Source of the DNA: Tubiluchus corallicola
Lineage: Eukaryota; Animalia; Priapulida
Assembly: GCA_030141605.1 (NCBI GenBank)
Contig: JAQGDQ010000942.1
Span: 1 to 64,000 of the forward strand
DNA: 64,000 nucleotides
Direction: 5' to 3'
The position numbers and the translations under genes are program-made. This document shows positions 10,101 through 25,300 of this stretch, in pieces (positions within the stretch are counted from its first letter, which is position 1; every line of letters begins with the position of its first letter). The notes under the pieces are model-generated. The model did no database searches. It was not told where the DNA came from and worked only from the letters and a program-made list of their open reading frames with translations.

Positions 10101-13100
10101 ACAATAATAAAATCTAGAACCAGGTCAATATTTCACCCGCTAACTAATGAAAAGTTGAGCATTTTTCATAACAGTGTTTGACAGAGCTGTAGCTAAATGT
10201 CCCGAACGTACCTACTGCAAGGGTGTGTGAAATAGATTGCATGCTGATTGACATTATGTTAGACGTCAATTGTCTCTAGAACCATCTCGGAAAAGTAGAC
10301 CGAATCCATCGTTGTGTCAGTTCATATGTCTGGCCCAAAAAACCACCCTAATAATTAATGAGATATCACTTTGTTAAATGTGATAAGAAAACATTTCAAA
10401 GCACTGGTATGCACCAGACTTGAAAAAAGATGTTTTATGACAGAAATACGCAAGCGCGTTTCCTTTTAAATCTTAGAACAACTGATAATATGCTTGTTTT
10501 AAAAACAATTGCTGATAAATACCTCCCTGCAAACAGTAATTATATGCTTGTTTTGTAGATTTCAAGAAAGCATTATTTTCGGTGGATGGGACTTGTTTGT
10601 TCGGCAAACTTATTCGTCTTTCCCAATATTATACCTTTCTTGTAAAGGTAGAATGTTGGGAAAAAGTACAAGAATACAGTTGCTTGTGTGAAAACGGATA
10701 AAGGTTTCACAGAGTGCTTTCCAGTAAACTAATGTATTGCAAGGAACTACTCTTTCACCACTTTTATTATGTCTGTACTTGAGCGATCTAGAAGATCATT
10801 TGAATGAAAGTGATGCAAATTGTGCCACACTATTTGCTTGCTTATTTATGCGAATGATCTAATTTTATTAAGTCGATCTAAATAAGGTTTACAAACACAT
10901 CTGAATCTCTTGAACATCTACTGTAAGAAATTGAGATTAACTGTTAATGCCAGCAAAACAAATGTTTTGATTTTTGAGAAAAGGCACACTGTAACATCAA
11001 AAAAATGTTTTTGCTAGGATAATAATCGGCCGGAACAATGTTCAGAATATAGATCGCCTAAATAAGCAAGGATTATACATTTTTCCTTTGTTTATAATTT
11101 ATTGTTATTTGTTTATCGTGAAGCAAAACTGCACACCATACAAAATTGAATACTGTTATCACTTGATGACGCAAATCTGGAAATCTTACCGATTTTCAGT
11201 TCGGTTTTATATCAGAAATCTCCAACTCCCCTTTAACTACCCTTTTAGTCCCTCTATAGAGTCAATTCAGATCAGGTGGCCAAGTTGATACCTAGCCAAA
11301 TTTTTTTACGGAAACGCTGAAATCTGTACGAGAATTTTATCTTGTGTTATAGACTTTGAGTTTTTTTATTGATAATTTGATATCTAAATTCTCCATTAAT
11401 TTAGTAAATAATTATTTTCATTTGCCACATTTTTATAATTTGCTGTGAATTGAGTGTGCCCGTGCCGTGTATAAAAGTCTACAAAGACTGTTGCTGTATG
11501 ATAGATTGTACAGATTTATGCTCATGTGGCTGTACATAGAATGCGTGCGTGCATAAGTGAGTGTACATGTGTGCATTCGTCGATTATATTAGATTTGATA
11601 GCAGATTGCATTTGATCAGAGTTCCACTATTGAAGTTCTCCTCGTTTTCCTCTTTTATTCTATAATTTTATTTATATTTGCAGCATTTTCTTAACAGCCG
11701 TTTCGATAATTGTTTACTCCTTTTTCTCCCTTTAATCCCTGTAACACGATTAACATCATGTTATTTTTACATTTTGACTCACATGGGCAATGTTATTTAT
11801 ATTATTATTTATGTTATTAAATATTGGTAGAGACTAGTCTCACTGCGTGAAAGTAGACTGAGTAAAAAGGCATTTGATGTACAAAAAATTTGAATTTGAC
11901 GTAGTATGTTTCACTCAGAAGTATTTCCAATTAATATGGGTCTTTGTTGGAACATAACATAGCATCGTTTTATTTTAATACTGTGTATCTTTCAGAAACG
12001 AGACTGTGATTATATTATATCATGGACAGAGCTTTTTAACTCTGTGAGCAAAATTGATTATCCTTTAGTAGATCACTTAAACAAAATTTTGAAGTAGAAA
12101 TTTACTTAGAAAATGTTAGATACGTTAAAGATAGAAAGTCCATGACAAAATTCAGAGCTGATGCTCCTCGTTTGGCTGTTGAAGCTGATAGGCAGGTAAG
12201 TCCACCTTTTCCACATGAATATCCAATCTGTAGTGTCCGCAATATTGTTGAAGATGAATGCCATTTTTTATGGTAGGCCTACTGCTCAAAACATAACGTT
12301 ACGTTAATTTTGAACAAAGATTATCAATTTGTTAATGATGCTAATGCTTTAACTGAAAACGAAAAGCTGTTTTATCAGGTGCAACCACAAAACTCTAATG
12401 TGCTGTGGCAAAGTTTAGCTGAACATGCATGTAAACTGTTGTAGAAATGTTTATTATTGTTTTGATTGGCCCTGTTGTCCATATGTCATCAAACATTTTC
12501 TCTATCTATCTATTCTTTTAATATTTTAATGTATTTTCACAGGCGGGAATTTGCTACTCACAAAACTACAAAAATCCGTGTTTTTACGTTTCAACTCGGA
12601 GTACATTGGATGGACCAAGAGGTAAAAAACTTTTTTCATAATAAATATAAATTGACAAGAAGCATATCGCACTGCACTGTCATGTTTATTGCTCTTGGGC
12701 GGCGTGGCTGGGTCATTACGTGAACATTACAATTATGCATTTCACTGTTTCGCATTTCATCGTTTTACTGTTTTTAATTCCATTGTTACTGAGTTTATTA
12801 AGACTCCTTGCCTGAATTCAACCAAGTAGAGAATTCTTCGGTAGCCCTGTGTCAACACTATTGCATGTTCGTGAAAGGTTGGCATTATAGCTATCATCAC
12901 AAGCATGATCTCTCTGCGGGAATTCTCTTAGCATTACTACATACGGCCTACAGGCGTGTTCTGGTAATTGTAAGATACATGTAGCTTAGTGAAAACTGAT
13001 GCGAAGCTCAGGCTTATTCTAGGCCAGGTTATGTAACTTGTTCCTAATGTTTTAATTCCACCATTTATAAAAGAAGTTTAGTTAAACTGTTTATTTGTAC

Positions 13101-16100
13101 AACGACAGAAGCCAACCTGCTCTGAAATCAGATGTCACCTGTACATTCATTGACACTGTTTATGCATTACTACTATATCATGTGATTGAAGCCACGTAGA
13201 CGAAATTTTGGCTATTGAGTTCGCCCAGGTATTCTGCTTTAAGTTGTCGAGTTAAGCGGACGTTCTCATGTCATAAAATGATGGTTTAGTAGCAATAGTG
13301 CTTGCTTGTAGAAAAGCGGTCAGTCTACATGGTTCCGACAGAGACGATAGTTGCATTCTAGCGATGATACTAAACTGTTGCTGATTATATTTTCCTGACG
13401 CTGATGATACATCACCTATCAAAAATTAAACTTACAGTTTGTCGATGATATCTGCTGTTGATGATACTTACGCGTATTTACCTGACGTTTATGATACTGT
13501 CCTTGGTGATCCAAGCTGTGATTGCAAAATTGGTGATCCTTACCTTGTGACGAGTGCAGGAGCTTGAATGCTACCCTATTTTGGCGTCATATAAGTGGAG
13601 GCGAGGACGTCATCAGGAGTCGTCAAAGTTTGGAGACGTCGTTCACGAAATCGGATGCATGAAGAGGTGTGGCCAACCGTTCTATGGTGCACTATTTCTT
13701 GGCGAAGCCCTCTTGTGAGGAGTCAGGGAGAGATGACACGGAATGGGAGCAGGAGAAAAGTTGCTTGTTGATGCCAAGACAGGACTGGTGAAAAACGTTA
13801 CGTTGTTCTTTCTCTTCTTAGCCGGCTTAATCTTTATTGCTAATATTTGTCTTGCAATGTAATTTGAGATATTCATTAAATTGTTATATTATTTTATTAA
13901 TTCAGTGGTTTCTTCCCAGTGTTGTCGATCAAGTGTTTTATTCTTTACCTAAGGGTTACACTTAAGTCACGATCCACCTATTTGCAATAGCGAAAATTAG
14001 ACTACGTCGTCACAACTGACATACATCAATTTATTAAATAATGCACAAAATAAAACAAGTTGTAATAATGTAAAACGTTTTGGCTGTGAATTTGCAATTT
14101 AAAGCGTAAACTTGAAAACGTGGAAAAAATAACTATTATCATAAATTCATTATATATGGTGGATCAAAAATTTGACTTCATCAATAACTAAAAAATGAAG
14201 CCAATGCCGCCATCTTGATTTCGGCATTGCAAATTGAAAATCCTTTTATGTGAATCGATGCAGATTTATTTTAGTATTTTCCTGTTGGCAAACTGATGGA
14301 TGGCAAACTGATGGAACTCAAGTTTTTTTTTCGAAAATGACGTTATTGCTGCCAACCTAAATTCGGAATAGCGGAACATGCTATAGGTAATCGGTGTTTG
14401 CGCACGAGTCATTTCAAGATCCTGAGTGCAGCACGGTGTAGCTTATGCTGCACCTTTTAATGCTTTTTAGACATGTAATATAATCTGTATCTGTAAAATT
14501 TTATATGGGTACGCAGTACTTGATATGCAATTATTTGTGAAATATGGACAAATTAGCCCAGCGATTTTGAGTGCATTGAAAAACTACATGATAACTTCTG
14601 GAGACGTATGCATTGTTTCGAATATGCCACCTAAACTAAGAAGTATACCAAGAACGAAAATATTAAACCAGCAAAAGTCGTTCTCTTGCAAGTTTACCTG
14701 ATCTTGAATTGGGCGATAATATGGATGAAGACAGTGTTCGACAATATTTCCAAAAAATTAAGAATGTTAAGTCTGAAATCTCAAGTTCTATTCTGCAACA
14801 AGTTTGCAACAGAAATTCTCGGTAATGAATGCACTTGAATCTAGTTTGTGCAAATCACAAGAACCAATTCAAAAAGTCGTCGAGAAGAGTTGACAACTTC
14901 GACCACGGCAACCAGCTTTTTGCAAACTACAAATAAGTGCCCATAGTCTAGCCATTGAAACAGGCAGGCATCATAAACCTTAAACGTTACCGATAAATGA
15001 AAGAAATAGTAGAACTGACATACCACTAATGGCAACCGACTGTGAACAATTCATTAAGAATGCTTACTCTAGGCTCACCGCAGAGGCTTTTGATGCCATA
15101 AAGGAAAAAAATTAACCTTCGATGTGGGAACATCAAAGGCCTTGCAAAAGTCTAAAAGTACAGCATCAACAGGCAGTCCTAGATGCTGGATCAGATCACT
15201 CATAATACCTGTTTAGATACCGGTGCCCTTGATCTTGCAGCAGGAAGAAGTCAAGCAGATTGGCCATAAATTTGCAGTGTTAAGGAACCCACCTTTCTTG
15301 TGAATAGGATGCACACTTACTACTGCCCAATCACCAGGAAGCACGGACTGTTGAAATGATTAAGTGAATAGCTGTGAGCACGGCGAGAACAAAGCACCAT
15401 TTAGAAAGAACCAAGTTTGAAATCGGGTGAGGAATATGCACAATTTTATTTGACGAAAAGTCAACGAACTGTAATTCAGCATCGGTATAGGAAACCAAAT
15501 TAGGCATATTGAACGTAATTTCAACCTGGAACACACTAGCAGAGGAGCTGTTGAACTTTTCCTAGAGTGGGTTCTTAGATAATGCCTTAATTAACAGCGT
15601 AATTGTATTTAAGTGGGCGGGGGTGATTAGTAATTGTACAAATTATACCACAGATATTGTGTCATTACTGTTGTAGCTAAGCTATACGATATGATACTAA
15701 ATGAACAGTCAAGTTCGCTGTGGTGTCTGGATGTTCAACAAATGATGCGCATATTGAGCAGGGTGTATTGAGCATATTATGACACTTCGATTATTAATTG
15801 ACTTCGGTAAGTTCAGGCAGAAAACTTTTTATTGACTTCCTTACTGCTTATGATAGAGTGCCTAGGAGAAAAAAAATTATTATTGCTTGACTTGTCAAGC
15901 TTGGTTGTGGCGCAGCAAAAACGGTTAGTGCAATGCAGTGCTACGGCTCTTAGCGGCAGTGAAGCTTTTGATACCAATGTTCATGTTAGACGGATTCTCA
16001 AACAGATGTTTTTTGTTTGTACTGATTATTAGCCTTCTGATTCATATGTCGAAAGAGCTGCCAGATGATGGTTTTCTGCATAATTTGCATAGTCTCACGA

Positions 16101-19100
16101 TGACAAATGAGAGCGCAATATTCTCAACCTATCGCGATAGCGTCATTAACTAACGAACTATTTTAACTAAATTTTGCTGTTCCTCCTACACGAAAATTAA
16201 CTGTTTTAAAACTAAAAGCAAGTTTGTGTTTATTAGTGGTACGCAGTGGACCGTTTTAATGAATAGCTTGACTGGTAATGCATGTGTGTTTTTTGGTAAC
16301 AATGAAATTGTTCGTTGAGTGATGTAGTTGGTTATCGATTGTAGGCATCTCTTAAAATAAGCACTATAATTATCGTCGGGTGTTGAACTAAAACAGGAAG
16401 TCTTGTTTAGTATATGTGATCGTATATTATACTGAGTATAATTTAGTATATGTGATCGTATATTATACTGAGTATAAAATATACTGATAAACAACCACTA
16501 TAAGTCCAAGAGGTTAGAAAAAAGCCTGGTACAGAATCCACAGCAAAGCACAGTCTACAAATTGACTGCTTTCCAACTGATAATGCCCCTCCTTATATGC
16601 CCGAATTGTGAGGCTAACTTATATCACACATCTAAAAATGTCTATCCTTCGTAACACCTAACAACGAGCCTCTGCTGACCTGTCACCATAGTAATGTCAA
16701 CTGCTGCCGTGTCACCATGGAGACGGCCACTACTGATTGGCAAGAGTAACAGCTCCTAGGCTACTTCCAGTGGTATGATCAGTGACTCCTAACTATTAAG
16801 CATTACAATCTCACATGCAGATCTTTCACAGGAAGTTGCTCTATACATTTGGCGTACGTCCATTACACAAAGCGTCTGCAGTATTGAAATGCTTGCTCTG
16901 TTACTCTTGGTTACTGTTCAATATTGTATTAGTTATACACATTTTCATTCACCGGTTACAGGGGATGGTAATTTTAGTACTGTTCTACGTGTTATGAATT
17001 TATTTTGAAATAGCGAATTACTCTTTGGAAATTCGAATCTAGATCAATTAAAATTGATTAGACTCTGAACAAAGATTATGCCGTTCAGCTATAATGACTC
17101 ACTCAGCTTGTACCTTGAATTTAATGCATCAGGGGTTGGAAGATCATTTAAAACTTATGTTATAATCAGAATTTAGAAGTCAGATAACAGCAGCTTGAAC
17201 TCTGTAAGTTGGAAGGGCTGTTAGCCTATATTGCTTCAGTTAGCTGATAATAAAAGCGTTTATAACCTAGAACCACAGTACATGACTTCCGAGTTAAAAT
17301 AGCCACTGGTCAAGACTATTGTTCATAAGCAGAATTGCAAATAGACACCTATGTCACTAGCCCAATTAAACAGTTAGCCTAGAGTGAGGCTATGTGTCAT
17401 TAGAACAAGGACAATGAGAGGATGATGGTCAGTAAGGTGGCTCTGTTAGCGAGTCACTGAAGATGTCATGTCATCTGACATTGGATTCAAAAGAGAGTGT
17501 CGAGAGAGTTTTAGCGGTTGCTGGATGTTGGGTTGTGGACGTGAAGCTGTCGTGACGAGAAGGTCTGTTGCAAAGAAACTCTTGAAGTAGGAGATTGTTA
17601 CTATAGCTCAGGTCGTAGAGGATACTTCTACGTAGCTTGATCTACCAAACCTCTGGTGCTTAGAATGTCTCTAATAGGAGCTTGGATCTGGCCAATTTCA
17701 GTCGCGTATGAATGGCCAGTCCACGAGTTAAGTAAAATTACATTCTACTTAGTATTTGTGAAATAGTTCAAGTTTTTGATAATACCTTGTAAACGTAGTA
17801 TAAAGTGAAGATTGTTAAGTAGCAGATGGATTTAATTGATGTGGAATTGTAATTCTTCAGCTGTAATCTAAAGATAGTATTTGTAAATGCTACAAGCATA
17901 TATAAGAAACTGAAACTGTAATTGTCAAACCACATTATCAATCAATTGTTGTTAAGTAATCGTTCAATAAACTTGTATATCATTGTTACGTATTTGTTCG
18001 ATTTAATTTATAAGATTGAGAAATTCGTAAGGGCATACTAGTAAAGACGCTATCCGTCACACGAATCTTTACCCAAGGTTATTCACTTATTCACATTGAA
18101 GCGGCTTATTGCAGAGCCCTGCTTGAGAACTAGGGAGATACAGATTTACATCACAACGCGTATTTCGTGGCTAGAGGTCGTGTGGGAACACATCACAGCC
18201 TGATCGATCCAACTGAAGCTCCCGTAGTCAGGTGATTAATTAATTGAAATTAATTACCTTAAAGCGTGTGTACTTGATATAGTTATTGAGGGTAACAATA
18301 TACAGGTTCAAAAGAGTGAAATGATTAAGCATGTTCACGAATAAATTTTATTCGTTTTTAACTCTTCACGCAGATTTAGCCTTTTATGTGAAAAATCTGT
18401 AATGAATGCATCTTTAATTTCTTCAGTCTCATATGGCTTGGAAGATTGGTGTTCCCCGGTTTAAGAACGCTTTGGCAAAATATATCAGCAATGTTGTAGT
18501 GTGGGCTTGTCTTGGTGTTTGTAATTCTCCTCCAAACGAACTTACTTAGTTTGAAGACGATTTTAGGGCCTACGCTATACACTGAATGGTTAGTTTTTGG
18601 AGAAAAATTCTTGCATGTACTAATAAGCATTCCTGGCTCACGTTTGTGTTTAATTGTGCAAGCAATTATCATTGTAATGTAAATCTCATTACTGCAAATG
18701 TGTTTAGTAAAATAAATTCTGATGTTATTAGACTAAATTACATAAAACATGCTTTATGTAAATGTAGAATTACTGTAGATTTAAGAGATTGCTCTATTTT
18801 TAACCGCCTTAATTGCTTTAATTAATTTTTCTATTAGTTTCTATGAGCTCTGTTTGTCCAGTGCTGGATTTTCATATTACGTTATCAATGCTCACACGCT
18901 ATCCGTTATTTCTTGGAAAGTTTTGTAATCATCTCGTATCTAGTGCCAGCAGTGATTAGAAGTTACGTGTATTTGTAATTTGTCAGCTAGTATTCTTGTT
19001 TCGTAATTTGTGTATGTATGTAAGTATGTAGGACCTATGTATGAACGGTATGTTGTTTATTGTTTTGAGCGATGGTATGTTTTTAATGTGTATATATGTA

Positions 19101-22100
19101 ATTATTATAATTTTATGAGGTCAGTAAAATTTAATAATAAATAATTAAGTTTCGTTGTGTCAAAAATTCCGAGCAGCAAGTATTACCCTTACCAAAATTT
19201 CCTCGTAACAAAATACCAAATTATGCTGTAAGGACTTACAGAGAACGAGTTGGCGACAATGTGTATACGTCATCAAGTTAGGCGGAGCTAAACGCGACTT
19301 GCATCTGTGTATTTTCAGTGTGTTTAACATGTTTCCATTTTTCGACGAAATATTTGAATTAGCTCAGACTTGACAAATAGTACTCAAAGTGATATACTGC
19401 TAATTAGAAAGACGCATCTAATAAATTTACTATTACTGTTATTATTTCTATTATTATCGTTTTATTAATATTAATAGCCTACTGTTATTCTTGTAGTAGA
19501 CTTGGTAACAATATAATTAGCATAAACAAATTACAAAAAATAAACAGAAGCACTAGATCATTAAACAATGGGTTTGGTAGGAAACATGGGTAGTGATCAC
19601 ATAGAGCAAACCATGCCGCCCAGGTAAACAGTTGCAAAGATAGCGGCTCTCTTACATCGCGCATGTGACCTCTAATTCACATTTCATCTGTAGTTCTTAT
19701 CTCTTGTTACTGGTGTTAAGAATCAATAATATGAAAATTGGTAAAGGCTCCTTAAGATTTCACCAATGTAAATTGTTGGTGTCGAGAAGATTCTGAAAAA
19801 AAATTGAAAATTCTCACAGCACAAAAATTTTTACTCCAGCTGCAGACAATAAGACACGAAGCCATAACTTGAAGTTGTAAATATATTGACCTCCAAAAGA
19901 TGTGAACTGGGAGATTCATTTGACAGGTTTAACCAACTGGCATTCACTGTGAGGTAGTGGAAGCGGCAATGTATAATCAGTTTAAGGCCAGATTTGACAA
20001 ATTTTGGGATCAATAAAGTATATCTCTCCAGAGTAATTAATACACGTCCATAATATAGTAATATTCGTTTGGCGATGATGAATATACGTTGAGATCGGAT
20101 TCCACCAGGAATACTTTTAATGCCTGTTATTGATAACAAAATCATCTAGATTGTTCTTTTATGATGTTTTCGAAATGTTATGCCATTATAAATCCGCTGC
20201 CCCAATTCTTTAATAACAAGTCCTTGACACATATTTCAGAATGTGCAAAACCATTTTAGCCATGTGATATCGCCATGTCACTGCTGAAAATTACACCAGT
20301 TTGGATGGACGTAGCACCACCAGTGACCTTATCAATGTTAACACATTGTTTGTCTGTTCTTTAAATCATTATGTATTTTTGCCATTCAAAGTACACCACT
20401 AGTTAATGACTTTTAGCTTCTGTTCTTCTTTTTGTTTTTAGAAAACATCTTGAGATGTGTGCCATACGTTTACCTAGTCGGTGCTCAGAAATCAGGGACG
20501 TCTACAATTTACCAGATAGTGGCAAGACATCCTGACTTTGTTCCAGGTCATTTTAAGGACGGCGAGGTTAAAGAAGTACACTGGTGGGAGATGTTTAGAT
20601 TCAAAAAACGTACTCATATTTCAAAGATAATAACTATTTAAAATAATAAAACTTTGTTATGATATTGCACACTGTACGCAAAAGTGCAGATAGATGAAGA
20701 TTTTAAGGCTAAATTTTGGAAAATTATCAAATTAAAACAGATTTAGATCTGATATGTTCGAATTTTATAATGAGGCAGTTTGATTCAGCACTGAAATTCA
20801 ATAGCATTAAAAAGCTACTGTAGCAATCCCTGACCAAATATGGTCGAGCTTGCTAAATCGCGTTTACTCGTTCAGGACCATAACAGTGTGATGCATTTTC
20901 CACGGGTGCAAAAAACTGCTCCCACTAAGCAGTGATTACGTTATATTTCATAATTTTTGCAGGTTTCTGCTCTTCACATAATGTATTTTCATTATATTAT
21001 CTGAAATGCATTACTTACCTTTGACAAACTAAAAGCCGATTTCTGACGAAAAATTGATAAAGACTATCAGCATCTGCAGTGTTTGCACTCTAATAATGCA
21101 CAGTATCACTTGTGTGAAATCCAGAATAACACAAAAAAATCCTGCTATTCAGACACAACACTCGGATACACTGTGGCTGCAAGTCTTCTCTAAAGTTATG
21201 TTAAAGGATGAAAGGCCTTAAATTGTAATTGGCTGATCGGTGGTTTTTCCTGGAATAGCAGCACAGCTTGGGCTGTAGCAAGCAGGCGATCAATAAAACA
21301 GTACATGTTTTGTACTAATCTAGTTATGTCTGTGCTATATGTCTAGTTATAGAGTAGCAGAAAAGTAATAGCGCTTATAATACCTACTTTGAATGGTCCT
21401 GTTGGAGCTAAGCTATGTGTAGACATTGCCCTAGATATTGCCAAAAAATACATTTAAAAACATTGGAGCTTTTAAGATGTTTTTAACACAATGATATTCC
21501 CAAACGATTTTGGTAACAGTAAAGTACTAAAAAGCGGCAGGAATAGATCATTAGCAAATGCAAACTACTTCGAAAAATGACATTTCGCATTCAAGAATGT
21601 ATTAAATTTTAAATAACTAGCCAATAATGTGGCTATTGTTGATAACTATAACTATAGCACCACTTTTTTCCTTATATTTCGATGCAATGTTACATCATCA
21701 GCAGAGCACTTTCAAAAGCCAGCTAGAAATATAATTAATTGTAAAGTAATGATACTACAGTCATAATAATATTTGACATCTTTATAGGGTAACTGAACAC
21801 ATATTCAAATATTAGTGCAAGTTGTTCACAGTCATTTACTTAACACATATGCTCACAAAAGTACAATTAAAGTATAATACCAAAAATTAATATGTACACA
21901 TTTACAAACATTGGCCGACGTCACATGTTGATGTATAATACCCTAATAAAATAAAAATTTAAAAAAATATGTTTAGTAACTATAACGCCAGCAGAGGAAC
22001 TAATGTTCAGTGGCTATCTGTTTTTTGTGAGCCGCATACAGATATCTTTTAGTTTCTTTCTTCTTTGGTCAATTAGCTACTCTTTTTTTATTGAACTTTT

Positions 22101-22317
22101 TTAGAATTATAGTTTACTCACTGCATTGATAGCACTTGGTCAGTGTTTATTTTTTACATTTTGCTCACTGTTGCAAATTATTCTGCAAAGATAATCCCTA
22201 TATGACAAAACTGCAGTTATTTGCCCATGTTTGTTTTTCCATTTTGTTTTGCAGTCTACAGTTACAGTTTGTTTACTCACTCATACACACACACACACAC
22301 ACGCACGCACGCACACG

Positions 22318-22353
<36 letters not shown>

Positions 22354-25300
22354 TACACACACACACAAATGCAGCTTATACTAAATTTGAAAAATTCAAT
22401 TTTATAAGAAATATTATTATTATTATTTTTGATGTTGTTGTTATTATTATTAACAAATTTAGAACAAGCACTTTAAAATAACAAAAATAATAAAGCTAAT
22501 ACTTTCAACTTTGGCATCAGTAGCCTTTCTGAAATTCCCGCTTTGCCTTGCGTTGCTTTTCATGTTTATTCCTTGCTCAGGTGCAGGCAATTGCCTTGCT
22601 TTTCATGTTTATTCCTTGCTTAGGTGCAGGCTACTGCCTTTTTTTTCACGCTTATTCCTTGCTCAGGTGCAGGCTATTGCCTTTTCTTTCACGCTTATTC
22701 CTTCCTCGGGGCAGGCTATTGCCTTGCTTTTCATGTTTATTCCTTGCTCAGGTGCAGGCTATTGCCTTTTCTTTCACGCTTATTCCTTCCTCGGGGCAGG
22801 CTATTGCCTTGCCTTTCATGTTTATTCCTTGCTCAGGTGCAGGCTATTGCCTTTTCTTTCACGCTTATTCCTTCCTCGGGGCAGGCTATTGCCTTGCCTT
22901 TCATGTTTATTCCTTGCTCAGGTGCAGGCTATTGCCTTTTCTTTCACGCTTATTCCTTCCTCGGGGCAGGCTATTGCCTTGCCTTTCATGTTTATTCCTT
23001 GCTCAGGTGCAGGCTATTGCCTTTTCTTTCACGCTTATTCCTTCCTCGGGGCAGGCTATTGCCTTGCCTTTCATGTTTATTCCTTGCTCAGGTGCAGGCT
23101 ATTGCCTTTTCTTTCACGCTTATTCCTTCCTCGGGGCAGGCTATTGCCTTGCCTTTCATGTTTATTCCTTGCTCAGGTGCAGGCTATTGCCTTTTCTTTC
23201 ACGCTTATTCCTTCCTCGGGGCAGGCTATTGCCTTGCCTTTCATGTTTATTCCTTGCTCAGGTGCAGGCTATTGCCTTCTCTTTCACGCTTATTCCTTCC
23301 TCGGGGCAGGCTATTGCCTTGCCTTTCATGTTTATTCCTTGCTCAGGCGCATGCCATAATTTGCCATATATATAATATATAATATAATTATATATAATAT
23401 ATAAACAGATGCTCTTTACAGATATCGTTAAAGCATGTACGTAATAATGCTGTTCTAAAGGTCAGATATTCATGAAGGCCTGAATTACGCCTGAAGAAAA
23501 AACTGGACTCTATAAATATAAATTGCATAAATTGCGAAAGTAACTACTATACCGCTGTAAATAGTGAACCGTATTGATGAGAGGGTAAAACTAAAAACAT
23601 TGACGCCATTTCAACAAACAAAACTTGAAACTCTTTGCACAATTTTTATTGTAATGTGTAATGAGATTGTTACCTCCTGCAAAAGAAAATATATCTTGAA
23701 TAGCAGTAGTGAGATTTTGAGCTACTTACCGTTTAAAATTGTCATGTCTTTATTACTAGAAAGCAAACTTATACACCTGAAGAAAACAAGACGCCGAAAG
23801 ACAGGATTCCTAAGAAGACATGTTGATCACTTCTCAGGTAAAATCCTTTCTTGATTATTTATATAAATCCAGCAAAATAGCCCTGTGTTTCCGATAACGT
23901 TTACTTCAATAAAAAGTTACAGATGTTCTTATTTTCTTATTGTTTTGAGTTACTTTACAAAACCACACAATGACAATAACTGTTTCGCAACAAATTTTGT
24001 AGCTAGCTTACAATTTGATTCTTTGATTCTATGTGGTTATTGTCTTCAATGATACTGCATCATAAACAGTGAAATTTTGAAAGCATTTTGTTATGAATGA
24101 AAAAGGAAACGCATTTATACAGTAAATGTTCCCTTATCAGAATAGAACATCAAAATACATTTCCGTAGTTAAAAGCCAAACGATATCTAATTTAACAATT
24201 ATATAGATAATTTTACAATTTACGTTACAGACTACATATGACTAGCAACAAATAAACAAACCATAATGTTAGCAGCAACAGAACGTTTAACTTTATAGAG
24301 CTGCTATTTTTTACGGAATTCAGTAATAAACTGAAGTAGTAAAATTCAGTAATACCCAAAACAAACTGATATATAGACATTAATCATAATATACTCCGGA
24401 AATTTTAAGATGCTACCAAGAAATCGTCATTTATTGCTCGTCAAGTAATTTAGGAATAAGCAAATTCGGTTTAAGTGTCAAATGCACGAGTGCAGAAGAA
24501 AACCTAACGATAAAATTTAATGGGCTCTGTTCCTAGGAGCATCTACATATTTGTACCCACGAAATTGAAGAATCATTCATAGCATTAATTAATTAGATAA
24601 TGACTGCCATTGTTTCTCATTTTACCACAATATTCCAACTGCACTAATCCTGAAACACTAAAGTCTGCGTTTTTAACTCAGCAATCAAACATTTTTCCAA
24701 ATATCTCAGAACTATTTTACAGTAAGTATTACTGTATTAATAAAATCATCCTTGATTGGCCAACCCTGAATTTAGTTTTTTGTGGCTAGAGCTTCATAAC
24801 AAATATTAGAATTTGGTTTTGCACTTTTGAACAACTGCGAAATGCATCGGTTTCAGCCACGAAATGAATAGTTTCAGTGAATCACAACTGATGAATGTGG
24901 ATGTTCCTCAACTCTCTTGTGTAAATAGTGAGTTGATAAGCCTTCGTACAACCCCATACCCAACGTATTACTGCTGAGGCACTACACCTGTGAGCTGAAG
25001 TCACTAACTCAGGCTTAAATTCAATTTCAATTTGTCACTTTTAAAAAAACATGGCAACTCTTCTTGAATTGGTGAACAAGAATCAGCTATTTCAATATAA
25101 CAGTGAACTATCCTGTATCTTTATTTTTACAGGAGATATATGGATGATATTGATGAAGCTATACAAAGAGAAAATGATATATGATGATGATAATGATATT
25201 AAACTGTTTATTCATCCATATGTTTCAGAAAACATAAAAAAGTAACTGACAATGTCTTGCCACTTGGGATGAAAGTCATTCACACAGAATTCTAATATTG

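Noticed and set aside
10559-10648. Apparent AG...GT exon for the sulfotransferase
   Set aside because: Reads as LINE RT (YACFVDFKKA) in another frame; the true exon 2 is 12543-12621
22511-23382. Three long overlapping ORFs, or a CRISPR-like array
   Set aside because: Stop-free 85-bp tandem repeat; no unique spacers, no cas genes, eukaryotic intron
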